64,000 bases of DNA, from NCBI GenBank assembly GCA_913055805.1, contig CAJXLF010000010.1:21040-85039 (forward strand), given 5' to 3'. Under the pieces are notes generated by a model that saw only the letters and a program-made list of their open reading frames with translations, was not told where the DNA came from and did not search any database. Shown here piece by piece: positions 40,756 to 50,256 of the stretch; within the stretch, counting starts at the first letter, position 1; each line of letters opens with the position of its first letter. The stretch comes from an uncultured Salinisphaerales bacterium. Lineage in GTDB: Bacteria > Pseudomonadota > Gammaproteobacteria > Nevskiales > CAJXLF01. Both the position numbers and the translations under genes were made by a program.

Positions 40756-41211
40756 TCAGTCGATGGCTTCCACTTTAAGCGTGCCGGATTCGACTGCAAT
40801 GATACGCACCTTTGCGCCGGAGGGCAGGTTGGGACCGGTGCAACGCCAGGAACTGTCGGCGACTTTGACCCGGCCATGCCCGCTGACAATCTTCGTCACC
40901 AAGGTGGTTTCCAGACCGATGTATTGCGAACCCGCCTGATTGAGCGCGCCGCCGGCCGCATTCCGCGGTTCCTCCGGCGGATGACGGCGTTGCCATATCT
41001 TGAAAGCTAGGGTCATGCCAATGGCCAGCAGGCTGAAAAGCAGAAACTGCTGGTTCAGACTTGGTTCCGCGAACAGACAGGTCAGGCCGGTGACAATGGC
41101 CGCGACACCGAACCAGATGAGCACAGCGCCGGGGGCCAGGGCCTCCAGGGCGGCCAGCAATACGCCGGCGGCCAGCCAGTACCAGTGTATGTGGTCAGTG
41201 TTGAACTCCAT
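40756..41211 (-). CDS. NfeD-family membrane protein
   Basis: Start ATG 41211 (MEFNTDHIHWYWLAAGVLLAALEALAPG...). Three TM helices and a C-terminal OB-like domain (GLETTLVTKIVSGHGRVKVADSSWRCTGPNLPSGAKVRII). Lies downstream of an SPFH gene, as is usual for NfeD. Confidence 0.85.
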   Translation of the reverse strand: MEFNTDHIHWYWLAAGVLLAALEALAPGAVLIWFGVAAIVTGLTCLFAEPSLNQQFLLFSLLAIGMTLAFKIWQRRHPPEEPRNAAGGALNQAGSQYIGLETTLVTKIVSGHGRVKVADSSWRCTGPNLPSGAKVRIIAVESGTLKVEAID

Positions 41212-41221
41212 CACATTATCC

Positions 41222-42142
41222 TCAGGACTTGGCGCGTCCGGTGTTGACCAGTTCGCGAATGCCTTCAATGGAGCCGAGCAGGTTGCTGGCCTCCAGCGGT
41301 AGCATGACCACTTTCTGGTTGTCGGCCGAGGCGATGGCCTGCAACGCCTCGGTGTATTTGGTGGCGACAAAGTAGTTCACCGCCTGGATGTCGCCTTCGG
41401 AGATGGCAATTGAAACGTCGCGCGTGGCCTTGGCTTCCGCCTGTGCCAGACGCTCACGGGCTTCCGCATCTCTCTGTGCTGCCTCAAGACGTCCTTCGGC
41501 TTCCAGTACCATGGCGCGCTTGACGCCTTCGGCACGCTTGATTTCGGCTTCACGCAGGCCCTCGGCTTCGAGAATGGCGGCGCGCTTGTCGCGCTCGGCC
41601 TTCATCTGCCGGGCCATGGAGTCCACCAGATCCTGTGGCGGACTGATGTCCTTGATTTCCACGCGGCGTACGTTGGTGCCCCATGTGTCGGAGGCCTCGT
41701 CGATGATGGCCAGCAGTTTGGCGTTGATCGAGTCGCGATTGGAAAGAGCCTGGTCCAGGTCCATTTCGCCGAGTACCGAACGGATCGAGGTCATGGTCAG
41801 GTTGACGATGGCGCGATGCAGGTCGTTAACCTCATAGGCAGCCTTGGCGGCATCGGCGACAACGATGTAAACCACACCATCCACCTGTACCTGGGCGTTG
41901 TCGCGGGTAATGACATCCTGAGCCGGGATGTCGATCACCTGTTCCATAACGTTGATCTTGCGGCCTATGGAATCAACGATAGGAATGATGAAGTGCAGGC
42001 CAGGATCAAGCGCCCGGGTGAAACGTCCGAAGCGTTCTACTGTCCAGCGATAGCCCTGGGGCACTGATTTAACACCCAGGAAGATGCCGATAATGGCAAG
42101 AACCACAACGGCCGATACAAAAATACTGAAAGTCTCAAACAT
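41222..42142 (-). CDS. SPFH/band-7 (stomatin-like, QmcA-type) protein
   Basis: Start ATG 42142 (MFETFSIFVSAVVVLAIIGIFLG TM helix). SPFH core (RWTVERFGRFTRALDPGLHFIIPIVD) and a coiled-coil Ala/Glu/Arg-rich C-terminus. Confidence 0.92.
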   Translation of the reverse strand: MFETFSIFVSAVVVLAIIGIFLGVKSVPQGYRWTVERFGRFTRALDPGLHFIIPIVDSIGRKINVMEQVIDIPAQDVITRDNAQVQVDGVVYIVVADAAKAAYEVNDLHRAIVNLTMTSIRSVLGEMDLDQALSNRDSINAKLLAIIDEASDTWGTNVRRVEIKDISPPQDLVDSMARQMKAERDKRAAILEAEGLREAEIKRAEGVKRAMVLEAEGRLEAAQRDAEARERLAQAEAKATRDVSIAISEGDIQAVNYFVATKYTEALQAIASADNQKVVMLPLEASNLLGSIEGIRELVNTGRAKS

Positions 42143-42340
42143 TGTTCCTGTCTCCCGGGCGGAAAGCTGATTATTCGTGTGGCCCTGAATATTACGATGA
42201 CCGCGGATCAAGCGCCATCTGCGGCTCTGTGGTCAAACAGGGTCTTGAGCCTGTCACCCGCAAACCGGACAATAGCAGCCCTGAATTCGCACTGGCCCGT
42301 TCAAGGGCCTTGTCTCATGACTAAGCACGAGGATAGAAGC

Positions 42341-42868
42341 ATGGCACCACGTTATCTCGGTGTGCTGGGTAGTTTTATGTTCTGGTCACGTTGGCTGCAG
42401 GCGCCTCTTTATATGGGGTTGATCGTGGCCCAGGGTGTCTATGTTTACCATTTCCTGCATGAGCTCTGGCATCTGGTCACGCATACGACGCAGTTGGGTG
42501 AAACCGACATCATGCTGGTGGTACTGGGGCTCATCGATGTAGTGATGATTGCGAATCTGCTGTTGATGGTAATTGTGGGCGGCTACGAAACCTTCGTATC
42601 CCGGCTGCGGCTGGAAGCGCATCCGGACCGTCCCGAATGGTTGTCACATGTGAACGCTGGCGTACTGAAGGTGAAGCTGGCGATGGCGCTGATCGGCATC
42701 TCCTCCATTCATCTGCTCAAGAGCTTTATCAATGCGCCGAACATGACCTCGGAAACGCTGAAATGGCAGGTCATTATCCATGTCACGTTCCTGCTTTCGG
42801 CCCTGGCGATGGCTGTTACGGACCGGCTGATGATGGCCAATACCAAGCATCAGGCCGAGGCGGTTTAG
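42341..42868 (+). CDS. UPF0114 / YqhA-family membrane protein
   Basis: ATG 42341 follows GAGGA with 7-nt spacing. MAPRYLGVLGSFMFWSRWLQAPLYMGL aligns with the YqhA N-terminus (...ASRWLLAPVYFGL). The ORF-maximal starts at 42179 and 42317 are less likely. Confidence 0.8.
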   Translation: MAPRYLGVLGSFMFWSRWLQAPLYMGLIVAQGVYVYHFLHELWHLVTHTTQLGETDIMLVVLGLIDVVMIANLLLMVIVGGYETFVSRLRLEAHPDRPEWLSHVNAGVLKVKLAMALIGISSIHLLKSFINAPNMTSETLKWQVIIHVTFLLSALAMAVTDRLMMANTKHQAEAV

Positions 42869-42898
42869 CAAGTCCGTGCGCCGAGGGTGCTGCAGGTG

Positions 42899-43558
42899 TC
42901 AGCGCCCCAGGCGTTTGACGCCTGAGGCGCTGCCGATCAGCAGAATATCTGCGGGGCGGCGGGCGAATAGCCCGACCGTGACCACCCCGGGAATATTATT
43001 GATCTCTTCTTCCATCTTGATGGGATTCATAATATTCAGGTTGTAGGTGTCGAGAATCAGGTTGCCGTTGTCGGTGACGAAATCCTCGCGCCATTCCGGC
43101 TGTCCCCCGAGCTTGACCAGGGCGCGCGCCACCAGGCTGCGGGCCATGGGGATCACTTCCACCGGTAGGGGGAAGGCGCCCAGGCGTTCGACCAGTTTGC
43201 TTTCATCGACGATGCAGACGAAGCGATCACTGGCCTGGGCCACGATCTTTTCCCGGGTCAATGCGCCACCGCCTCCCTTGATCAGTTCAAGGTGTTCGTT
43301 GGATTCGTCAGCGCCATCGACATACAGTGAAATCCTGCCTGCAGCATTCAGGTCCATGACCGGGATGCCGATGGCCTTGAGCCGGTCGGTGCTGGCCTCA
43401 GAGCTGGATACAGCTGCCTGAATGTCGGCCTTGCGCTGCGCGAGACAGTCGATGAAATGATTGACTGTGGAGCCAGTGCCCACGCCAATCACCATATCGG
43501 GCTCTACGAATTTCATGGCAGCTTCCGCCGCCTGACGTTTTTGCTGGTCCTGATTCAT
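42899..43558 (-). CDS. rpiA: Ribose-5-phosphate isomerase A
   Basis: GVGTGST, DGADE and [11 protein letters not shown] motifs. Confidence 0.95.
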   Translation of the reverse strand: MNQDQQKRQAAEAAMKFVEPDMVIGVGTGSTVNHFIDCLAQRKADIQAAVSSSEASTDRLKAIGIPVMDLNAAGRISLYVDGADESNEHLELIKGGGGALTREKIVAQASDRFVCIVDESKLVERLGAFPLPVEVIPMARSLVARALVKLGGQPEWREDFVTDNGNLILDTYNLNIMNPIKMEEEINNIPGVVTVGLFARRPADILLIGSASGVKRLGR

Positions 43559-44298
43559 ATGATTCTCGGGCCAAAGATGTCGGTGCCAATCCGCACTATC
43601 GTAGCACCTTCCGCTATTGCGGCCTCCAGGTCATTCGACATGCCCATGGAGAGGGTGTCCAGCTCCAGCCCCTGTTGCATGATGGCGTCACGCAATTCAC
43701 GCAAGCTGCGAAAGTTTTCCCTCTGGATGTGGATGTCGTCACTGGGGGCGGGAATGGCCATCAGGCCACGCAGACAAAGATGCGGCAAATCCGCTACAGC
43801 CTTGCACAGATCGGCGGCTTGTGCGGGAGCCACGCCGCCTTTTGCATCTTCGTCATTGATATTGACCTGCACGCAAACATTCAGTGGCGGCAGATGGGGG
43901 CTGCGCTGTTCACTCAGGCGTTGTGCAATCCTGAGACGGTCCACGCTGTGAACCCACGCAAAATGTTCGGCAATACTGCGTGTCTTGTTGGACTGTACCG
44001 GGCCGATGAAATGCCATTCGATTGAGGGGGCCAGAGCCGAGCTGGCATTAATCTTTTGCAGTGCTTCCTGTAGATAGTTTTCGCCGAACAGCTGCTGGCC
44101 TGCAGACGCCAGCGCAAGAACGTCTTCCAGCGTACGTGTTTTGCTGACAGCCAGTAGCCGTATTTGTTGCGCATCACGGCCGTATTCAGCCGCCGCTTGG
44201 CGTATCCGTTCCTGTACAGACGCGAGGCGCCGAAGCAAAGTCTTCAAAATCAGTTGCCTATGTTCGAATTTGCCGATACCGTCTAGAAGTCGCATCAA
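43555..44298 (-). CDS. yggS: YggS-family pyridoxal-phosphate homeostasis protein
   Basis: LLAVSKT (PLP Lys), [43 protein letters not shown] overlap with rpiA. Divergent from pilT, as in many gammaproteobacteria. Confidence 0.9.
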   Translation of the reverse strand: MMRLLDGIGKFEHRQLILKTLLRRLASVQERIRQAAAEYGRDAQQIRLLAVSKTRTLEDVLALASAGQQLFGENYLQEALQKINASSALAPSIEWHFIGPVQSNKTRSIAEHFAWVHSVDRLRIAQRLSEQRSPHLPPLNVCVQVNINDEDAKGGVAPAQAADLCKAVADLPHLCLRGLMAIPAPSDDIHIQRENFRSLRELRDAIMQQGLELDTLSMGMSNDLEAAIAEGATIVRIGTDIFGPRII

Positions 44299-44463
44299 TA
44301 TTGCTGCGCGTGCGCCCGGCGGTGCTCAGAATCCTCATGTACTATTTGTACATTCCGGTTCTTGTGCTCCGGCGGGCACTCCCGGTCACCTGCTCGCGAC
44401 ATATTGAGGCGACTTCTGGCACTTACGTGAGTGTCAGGCGGAGGAATATTTTAGGGGATAAGA

Positions 44464-45498
44464 ATGGATATCGCGCAGTTACTCGCGTTTGGTGTAAAGC
44501 AGGGCGCTTCGGACTTGCACCTGTCGGCCGGTATGCCGCCCATGATTCGTGTGGACGGCGACATGCGCCGTATCAACCTGCCGGAAATGCCGCACAAGCA
44601 GGTGTACGACATGGTGTACGACATCATGAACGACAAGCAGCGCAAGACGTTCGAGGAATTTCTTGAAACTGACTTCTCGTTTGAGATCGAGAACCTGGCG
44701 CGCTTCCGTGTTAACGCCTTCAACCAGGACCGCGGCTGCGCGGCCGTATTCCGCACCATTCCTTCCAAGGTGCTGACGCTGGAAGATCTCAATGCGCCTT
44801 CCGTGTTCAAGGAAATCGTCGATGTGCCGCGCGGTCTGGTGCTGGTGACCGGCCCCACCGGTTCGGGCAAATCGACCACGCTGGCGGCCATGATCAATTA
44901 CCTGAATGAAACTGAAATGGGGCATATCCTCACCATTGAAGATCCCATCGAATTCGTGCACCAGTCGAAAAAGTCCCTGATCAACCAGCGTGAAGTGCAT
45001 CGTGACACCCTGGGGTTCAACGAAGCCCTGCGTTCAGCACTGCGTGAGGATCCGGATATCATTCTGGTGGGCGAGTTGCGCGACCTTGAAACCATACGTC
45101 TGGCGCTGACGGCTGCGGAAACCGGTCACGTGGTGTTCGGTACCCTGCATACTTCGTCGGCGGCCAAGACCATCGACCGCGTGATCGACGTCTTTCCGGC
45201 AGCGGAAAAGGACATGATTCGCGCCATGCTCTCGGAATCGCTGCGCTCAGTCATCGCCCAGACCCTGCTGAAGAAGAAGGGCGGCGGCCGCATCGCGGCA
45301 CATGAAATCATGGTGGGCACGCCGGCCATTCGTAACCTGATTCGTGAGAACAAGATCGCGCAGATGTACTCGGCCATCCAGACCGGTCAGAACGTGGGTA
45401 TGCAGACGCTGGATCAATGTCTGCTGGAACTGGTCAAGAAAGGCCAGGTTTCACCCCAGGAAGCCAAACGCAAGGCCGCAAACAAAGAGATGTTTTAG
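44464..45498 (+). CDS. pilT: Type IV pilus retraction ATPase PilT
   Basis: MDIAQLLAFGVKQGASDLHL, Walker A GPTGSGKSTT, DIILVGELRD, His box HVVFGTLHTSSAAKTIDRV, and the PilT-specific AIRNLIRE motif. Confidence 0.96.
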   Translation: MDIAQLLAFGVKQGASDLHLSAGMPPMIRVDGDMRRINLPEMPHKQVYDMVYDIMNDKQRKTFEEFLETDFSFEIENLARFRVNAFNQDRGCAAVFRTIPSKVLTLEDLNAPSVFKEIVDVPRGLVLVTGPTGSGKSTTLAAMINYLNETEMGHILTIEDPIEFVHQSKKSLINQREVHRDTLGFNEALRSALREDPDIILVGELRDLETIRLALTAAETGHVVFGTLHTSSAAKTIDRVIDVFPAAEKDMIRAMLSESLRSVIAQTLLKKKGGGRIAAHEIMVGTPAIRNLIRENKIAQMYSAIQTGQNVGMQTLDQCLLELVKKGQVSPQEAKRKAANKEMF

Positions 45499-45513
45499 GG
45501 GAGACGCTGACTG

Positions 45514-46677
45514 ATGGAACGCGATAAGGCGGTAAAACTGGTGCAGGATCTGCTGCGCCATATGAAATCGCGCAACGGTTCGGACCTGTTTCTGACCACC
45601 GGTTTTCCACCGGCAATCAAGGTCGATGGCAAATTGCAGCCGGTCATGGACAAGCCCCTGTCGCCCGAACAGGCAAACATGATGGTGCGCTCGCTGATGA
45701 ATGACCGGCAGGGCAAGGAATTCGAGGCCACCAAGGAGTGCAACTTCGCGATCGCGCCGGGAGACATCGGGCGTTTTCGTGTCAGCGCCTTTGTGCAACA
45801 GGGTCGGGTCGGGGCAGTGCTGCGAACCATCCAGACGGAAATCCCGACTTTCGAACAGCTGGATCTGCCGGAAGTGCTCAAGGACATTGTCATGTCCAAA
45901 CGAGGGCTGGTGATCTTCGTGGGCGCCACGGGCAGCGGTAAATCCACCTCGCTGGCCGCCATGATGGGATATCGGAACGAAAATTCCTACGGCCACATCA
46001 TTACGATTGAGGACCCGGTGGAATACGTACATCCGCACAAGAACTGTGTCATCACGCAGCGTGAAGTGGGCGTGGACACCGAAAGCTGGGATAACGCCCT
46101 GAAGAACACCCTGCGTCAGGCGCCTGACGTGATTCTGATTGGTGAGATTCGCACCCGCGAGACCATGGAGCATGCGGTGAATTTCGCCGAAACCGGTCAC
46201 CTGGTCCTGTCCACCCTGCATGCCAACAGCGCCAATCAGGCATTGGACCGTATTATCAATTTCTTCCCCGAGGAGAAGCGCGACCAGGTGCTGATGGACC
46301 TGTCCCTGAATCTGCGCGCCATCATTTCCCAGCGCCTGGTCAAGCGCGAAGATGGCGGCCGCGTTGCCGCCATGGAAATCATGATCAACACGCCGCTGAT
46401 TTCCGACCTGATCTTCAAGGGCGAGGTGTCCCAGATCAAGGAAGTCATGGGCCGTTCGACCGAGCAGGGCATGGTGACCTTTGATCAGTTCCTGTTCAAA
46501 TTGTTCGAAGGCCATGTCATCAGCTACGAAGAGGCCATCAAGAACGCCGACTCCCAGAACGAGTTGCGTCTGGCCATCAAGCTCAAGAGCAAGCGCCAGC
46601 CGCAGAAGCTTGAGGAAGACGAGGTGGTCAAGAGCATGCGTCTGGAAGAAGACGAAGATGACGGGCAGGCATTCTGA
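45514..46677 (+). CDS. pilU: Type IV pilus ATPase PilU
   Basis: PilT-family core (GATGSGKSTSLAAM, DVILIGEIRT, HLVLSTLHANSANQALDRI) without AIRNLIRE (TPLISDLIFKGE instead). Has an acidic C-terminal extension. Confidence 0.93.
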   Translation: MERDKAVKLVQDLLRHMKSRNGSDLFLTTGFPPAIKVDGKLQPVMDKPLSPEQANMMVRSLMNDRQGKEFEATKECNFAIAPGDIGRFRVSAFVQQGRVGAVLRTIQTEIPTFEQLDLPEVLKDIVMSKRGLVIFVGATGSGKSTSLAAMMGYRNENSYGHIITIEDPVEYVHPHKNCVITQREVGVDTESWDNALKNTLRQAPDVILIGEIRTRETMEHAVNFAETGHLVLSTLHANSANQALDRIINFFPEEKRDQVLMDLSLNLRAIISQRLVKREDGGRVAAMEIMINTPLISDLIFKGEVSQIKEVMGRSTEQGMVTFDQFLFKLFEGHVISYEEAIKNADSQNELRLAIKLKSKRQPQKLEEDEVVKSMRLEEDEDDGQAF

Positions 46678-46686
46678 GGCTGAACC

Positions 46687-47748
46687 ATGATTAAACTGCT
46701 GCCACTTCTGAAACTGCTCGCCGAGAAGAATGGCTCCGACCTTTATCTGACCGCACATGCGCCTCCCATAGTGAAAATCGAGGGACGGCATATGCCGGTC
46801 GGCAAGGATGCGCTGACGGCGCAAGTGGTGCAGGAGCTGGTTTTTTCCGGCATGACCGATGAGCAGGTGGATCTGTTCGACGCGGAATGGGAGCTGGACT
46901 TTGCCACCGAAGCCAGCGGTCTGGGGCGCTTTCGTGTCAATGTGTTCAAGCAACGTGGGCGCGTTGCCGCTGTGTATCGGCGCATTCCGGATCGTATCCC
47001 GACGCTGGAAGAGTTGAATATGCCGCCTGCGCTCAATCGGCTGGCGCTGGAAAAGCGTGGCCTCATTCTGATGGTGGGCGCTACCGGTAGCGGCAAGTCG
47101 ACTACGCTGGCGGCCATGATCAATCAGCGCAACAGCGAAATGACTGGACATATCCTGACGATTGAGGATCCGATCGAGTTCGTTCACAACAACAAGAAGT
47201 CCATCGTGAACCAGCGCGAACTGGGTGTGGATACGCGCAGCATGAACCGCGCGCTGCGCAGCTCATTGCGCGAGGCGCCGGATGTGATTCTTCTGGGCGA
47301 GAGCCGTGACGCGGAATCCATGGGCACCTGTCTGCAACTGGCAGGGACCGGTCATCTGGTGAAATCGACCCTGCATGCAGGCAATACCTACCAGGCTTTC
47401 CAGCGCATTGTGCGCATGTTCCCGGAGGATGCGCGCGAGCAGCTGTTCATGGACATGTCCATGAACCTCAAGGCCATGCTGTCGCAGCGTCTGGTGATGG
47501 GCAAGGATGGCAAGCGTGTGGCCGCCATCGAAGTGCTGGTGATCACGCCGCATATGGCGGAGTTGATTATGAGTGGCAAGTTCGAGGAAGTGAAGGATGC
47601 CATGATCGATTCGCAGAATCCCGAGATACAGACCTTCGACCAGTCCCTGGCCAAGCTCTACCGGGAAGGCGTGATCGAGCGTGATGAGGCATTGAACCAG
47701 GCCGACTCGCGCGCCAACCTGGAGGCCTTGCTGGATTTCGGCGGCTAG
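46687..47748 (+). CDS. Third PilT/PilU-family hexameric ATPase paralogue (PilU-like)
   Basis: GATGSGKSTTLAAM Walker A, DVILLGESRD, HLVKSTLHAGNTYQAFQRIV. Lacks AIRNLIRE (TPHMAELIMSGK). Starts 9 nt after pilU. Confidence 0.88.
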   Translation: MIKLLPLLKLLAEKNGSDLYLTAHAPPIVKIEGRHMPVGKDALTAQVVQELVFSGMTDEQVDLFDAEWELDFATEASGLGRFRVNVFKQRGRVAAVYRRIPDRIPTLEELNMPPALNRLALEKRGLILMVGATGSGKSTTLAAMINQRNSEMTGHILTIEDPIEFVHNNKKSIVNQRELGVDTRSMNRALRSSLREAPDVILLGESRDAESMGTCLQLAGTGHLVKSTLHAGNTYQAFQRIVRMFPEDAREQLFMDMSMNLKAMLSQRLVMGKDGKRVAAIEVLVITPHMAELIMSGKFEEVKDAMIDSQNPEIQTFDQSLAKLYREGVIERDEALNQADSRANLEALLDFGG

Positions 47749-48710
47749 TACTGGCGGTTGCCGGCAATCATGGCCATGACTGCCATGCGCACGGCAATGC
47801 CATTGCGTACCTGCTCCAGGATGACGGAGCGCTCTCCGTAAGCAACTTCGCTGTCAATTTCCACACCCCGGTTAATGGGGCCGGGATGCATGACAATGGC
47901 ATCCGGTTTCAGTAGCCGCATGTTGTCACGGGTCAGGCCGAAGTCCCGGTGATAGGCGGGCAAGTCATTGATCTTCTTTTCATGCATGCGCTCATGCTGC
48001 AGGCGCAGGCCCATCACGACGTCGACATCTTTCAGGCCGCTGGCCAGGTCATAGTAAGGCGTCGCGCCAAGTTGTTCCGGCGCCTCCATCATCAGCGCTT
48101 CGGGCGCGACGATGCGAATATCGGGCACACCCAGAGTCTTCAGTGCATGAATGTTGGAGTGCGCCACTCGTGAATGCAGCACATCCCCGACAATGGCGAT
48201 GGAAAGGTTCCCGAAGTCCGCTTTGTGGCGCTGAATAGTAAAGGCGTCGAGCAGCGCCTGGGTAGGATGCGCATTGGCGCCGTCGCCCGCGTTGAGAATC
48301 GCGACTTCATTGCCTACTTCGGCAGCGAAGCCGGCCGTGGCCCCCTTGTCCGGATGTCGGATGACGAAGACATCAACACCCATGGCCTGCAGCGTCAGCA
48401 GGGTATCCAGGTCTGTTTCACCCTTGCTCTTGGAGGAAGACTCCATTTGTAGGTTCAGTACATCGGCCGAGAGCCGCTTGGCCGCAAGTTCGAAAGTTGT
48501 ACGTGTTCTGGTGCTGGGTTCGAAGAACAGGTTTACCACGGTGTGACCGCGCAGCAGGGGCGCGGACTTGATCTGGCGCTTGCCCACCGGCAGGAAAGAT
48601 TCAGCGGTTTCGAGAATCGACAGAATCAGGTCCTTGCCAAGGCCTTCTGTGGTCAGCAAATGGCGCAGCCGCCCTTCGGAATCAATCTGGAGACTGGCGG
48701 CGCTACTCAT
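47745..48710 (-). CDS. pyrB: Aspartate carbamoyltransferase catalytic subunit
   Basis: FFEPSTRTRTTFE and HPTQALLD motifs, 321 aa. Confidence 0.96.
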   Translation of the reverse strand: MSSAASLQIDSEGRLRHLLTTEGLGKDLILSILETAESFLPVGKRQIKSAPLLRGHTVVNLFFEPSTRTRTTFELAAKRLSADVLNLQMESSSKSKGETDLDTLLTLQAMGVDVFVIRHPDKGATAGFAAEVGNEVAILNAGDGANAHPTQALLDAFTIQRHKADFGNLSIAIVGDVLHSRVAHSNIHALKTLGVPDIRIVAPEALMMEAPEQLGATPYYDLASGLKDVDVVMGLRLQHERMHEKKINDLPAYHRDFGLTRDNMRLLKPDAIVMHPGPINRGVEIDSEVAYGERSVILEQVRNGIAVRMAVMAMIAGNRQY

Positions 48711-49228
48711 CTTGAGGTGCTTCCGGTTGTGAGTTTCAGGAAAAGAGGGGCGGGGCCATGCAGCTTGATGTGCTGCGAGCGGGGCAGAGTGACTTGCTGG
48801 CCGATGACATCGGCCGCTATAGGCAGTTCATGTCCGCCGCGGTCAATCAGTACCACCAGGGTGACGCTGGTCGGTCGTCCGTAATCGAATAATTCATTCA
48901 GCGCTGCGCGCACAGTGCGGCCGGTATGCAGGATGTCATCCACCAGGATGACCGGCCGGTCATCAATGTTCTCCTCGAGGTCGGATGGCTTGACCTGGGG
49001 ATGCAGGCCAATGCGGGTAAAGTCGTCGCGGTAAAAGTGAATATTAAGGCTGCCAAGCCGGCTGGAAAGTTGCAGGCGCGCATGCAGTGCTTCTGCGATC
49101 CATAAGCCGCCGGTATGAATGCCGACCATGACTGGCGCCTGTGCTGCGGATTCGACCAGCGGCTTCAGTTGCGCGGCCATCGCGTCCAGCGTTGCTTCAA
49201 TATCCAGGGCGTCGATTGTTTTGCTCAT
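48707..49228 (-). CDS. pyrR: Bifunctional pyrimidine regulatory protein / uracil phosphoribosyltransferase PyrR
   Basis: PRTase motif VILVDDILHTGRTVRAA. Start ATG 49228 makes an ATGA overlap with the ruvX stop. Confidence 0.93.
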   Translation of the reverse strand: MSKTIDALDIEATLDAMAAQLKPLVESAAQAPVMVGIHTGGLWIAEALHARLQLSSRLGSLNIHFYRDDFTRIGLHPQVKPSDLEENIDDRPVILVDDILHTGRTVRAALNELFDYGRPTSVTLVVLIDRGGHELPIAADVIGQQVTLPRSQHIKLHGPAPLFLKLTTGSTSR

Positions 49229-49662
49229 GACTGCAGTCCCAGCCAATCCTCAAGAATAATGCGTGCCGCTTCACTGTCTTTCTCGCCGGCGCGTATGCGT
49301 TTTGAGCGGCCACTGGCGCGTTGCGATTTTAAGGCCTGTCGGGCGGCGACAGAAGACAGGCGTTCGTCCATGCTGTGTACAGGCAGCCGATAGCGTTTGC
49401 CCAGTTCCTTGGCAAAGCGTCGTGCCCGGGTAGTCAGCGGTTGTTCGCTGCCGTCCATGTTCAGAGGCAGGCCTACGACGCAGGCTGCGGGATGCCAGTC
49501 TTCAAACAGTTTTTGCAGGCTTTCCCAGTCGGGCTGCGGTGCGCTGTTGATCGTAGTCAGGCCGCGTGCGGTACCGGTCAGGACATTGCCGACGGCGACG
49601 CCGATACGACGGGTTCCATAATCAAAGCCGAGCAGGGTCTGGTTTGAGGAAGCTGCGCTCAC
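49225..49662 (-). CDS. ruvX: Putative pre-16S rRNA nuclease / Holliday-junction-resolvase-like YqgF
   Basis: LLGFDYGTRRIGVAVG N-terminus. GTG start overlapping the yqgE stop (GTGA). Confidence 0.93.
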   Translation of the reverse strand: MSAASSNQTLLGFDYGTRRIGVAVGNVLTGTARGLTTINSAPQPDWESLQKLFEDWHPAACVVGLPLNMDGSEQPLTTRARRFAKELGKRYRLPVHSMDERLSSVAARQALKSQRASGRSKRIRAGEKDSEAARIILEDWLGLQS

Positions 49663-50225
49663 GCGTGTCCCGCCTGTCCACTCAGTAGGCTGGGGTCCAC
49701 ACCCAGTAACTGTGCGGCAGCGGTCCAGCGCGCGGCAGGCGGGGTCTTGAAAATGATGGCGGAGTCCGGCGGGCTGTTCAGCCAGCTGTTTTCCAGTATT
49801 TCGCTTTCCAGCTGGCCGCCACTCCAGCCGGCATAGCCGAGTGTCACGATGTAGTCTTTCGGCCCCTTGCCCTCGCTGATGGCGACCAGAATATCCTTGG
49901 AGGTCGTCAGCCAGATGTCATCGCTGACCTTGAGCGTAGAGTCCCATTCACCCTCGGGTACATGCAGGACAAAGCCGCGTTCGGTTTGCACCGGTCCACC
50001 CCAGAATACCGGTGTGTCGTCAGGCACATGCTGGCTGGCGTCCAGGTCCATATGGGTAAACATGTCGCGCAGTCGCAGGGTGGTGGGGCGGTTGATCACC
50101 AGGCCCATGGCGCCTTCATCGGAATGTTCGCAAAGGAGGGTGACGCTATGATCGAATTCGCCCTGTACAACACCGGGCATGGCGATCAGGAACTGGTTGC
50201 TAAATAAACTTTTTTTGTCGGTCAT
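49659..50225 (-). CDS. yqgE: YqgE/AlgH-family protein (UPF0301)
   Basis: Start ATG 50225 (MTDKKSLFSNQFLIAMPGV...FDHSVTLLCEHSDEGAMGLVINRP). Confidence 0.9.
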   Translation of the reverse strand: MTDKKSLFSNQFLIAMPGVVQGEFDHSVTLLCEHSDEGAMGLVINRPTTLRLRDMFTHMDLDASQHVPDDTPVFWGGPVQTERGFVLHVPEGEWDSTLKVSDDIWLTTSKDILVAISEGKGPKDYIVTLGYAGWSGGQLESEILENSWLNSPPDSAIIFKTPPAARWTAAAQLLGVDPSLLSGQAGHA

Positions 50226-50256
50226 TACAAGGGATGTTAGCGCCGCGCGGCGGGGG

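Noticed and set aside
44417-44433. sigma54-like TGGCAC-TTACG-TGAGT upstream of pilT
   Set aside because: It has a good -24 hexamer but no -12 GC element. It is probably fortuitous. The nearby ATGTAC-N5-GTACAT inverted repeat (44337-44353) is only 6 bp per arm.
45451-47187. 578-aa ORF antisense to pilU and the third pilT paralogue
   Set aside because: It spans two independent plus-strand genes plus their spacer. It has no recognisable motifs. This is a stop-codon-poor antisense frame of GC-rich coding DNA.
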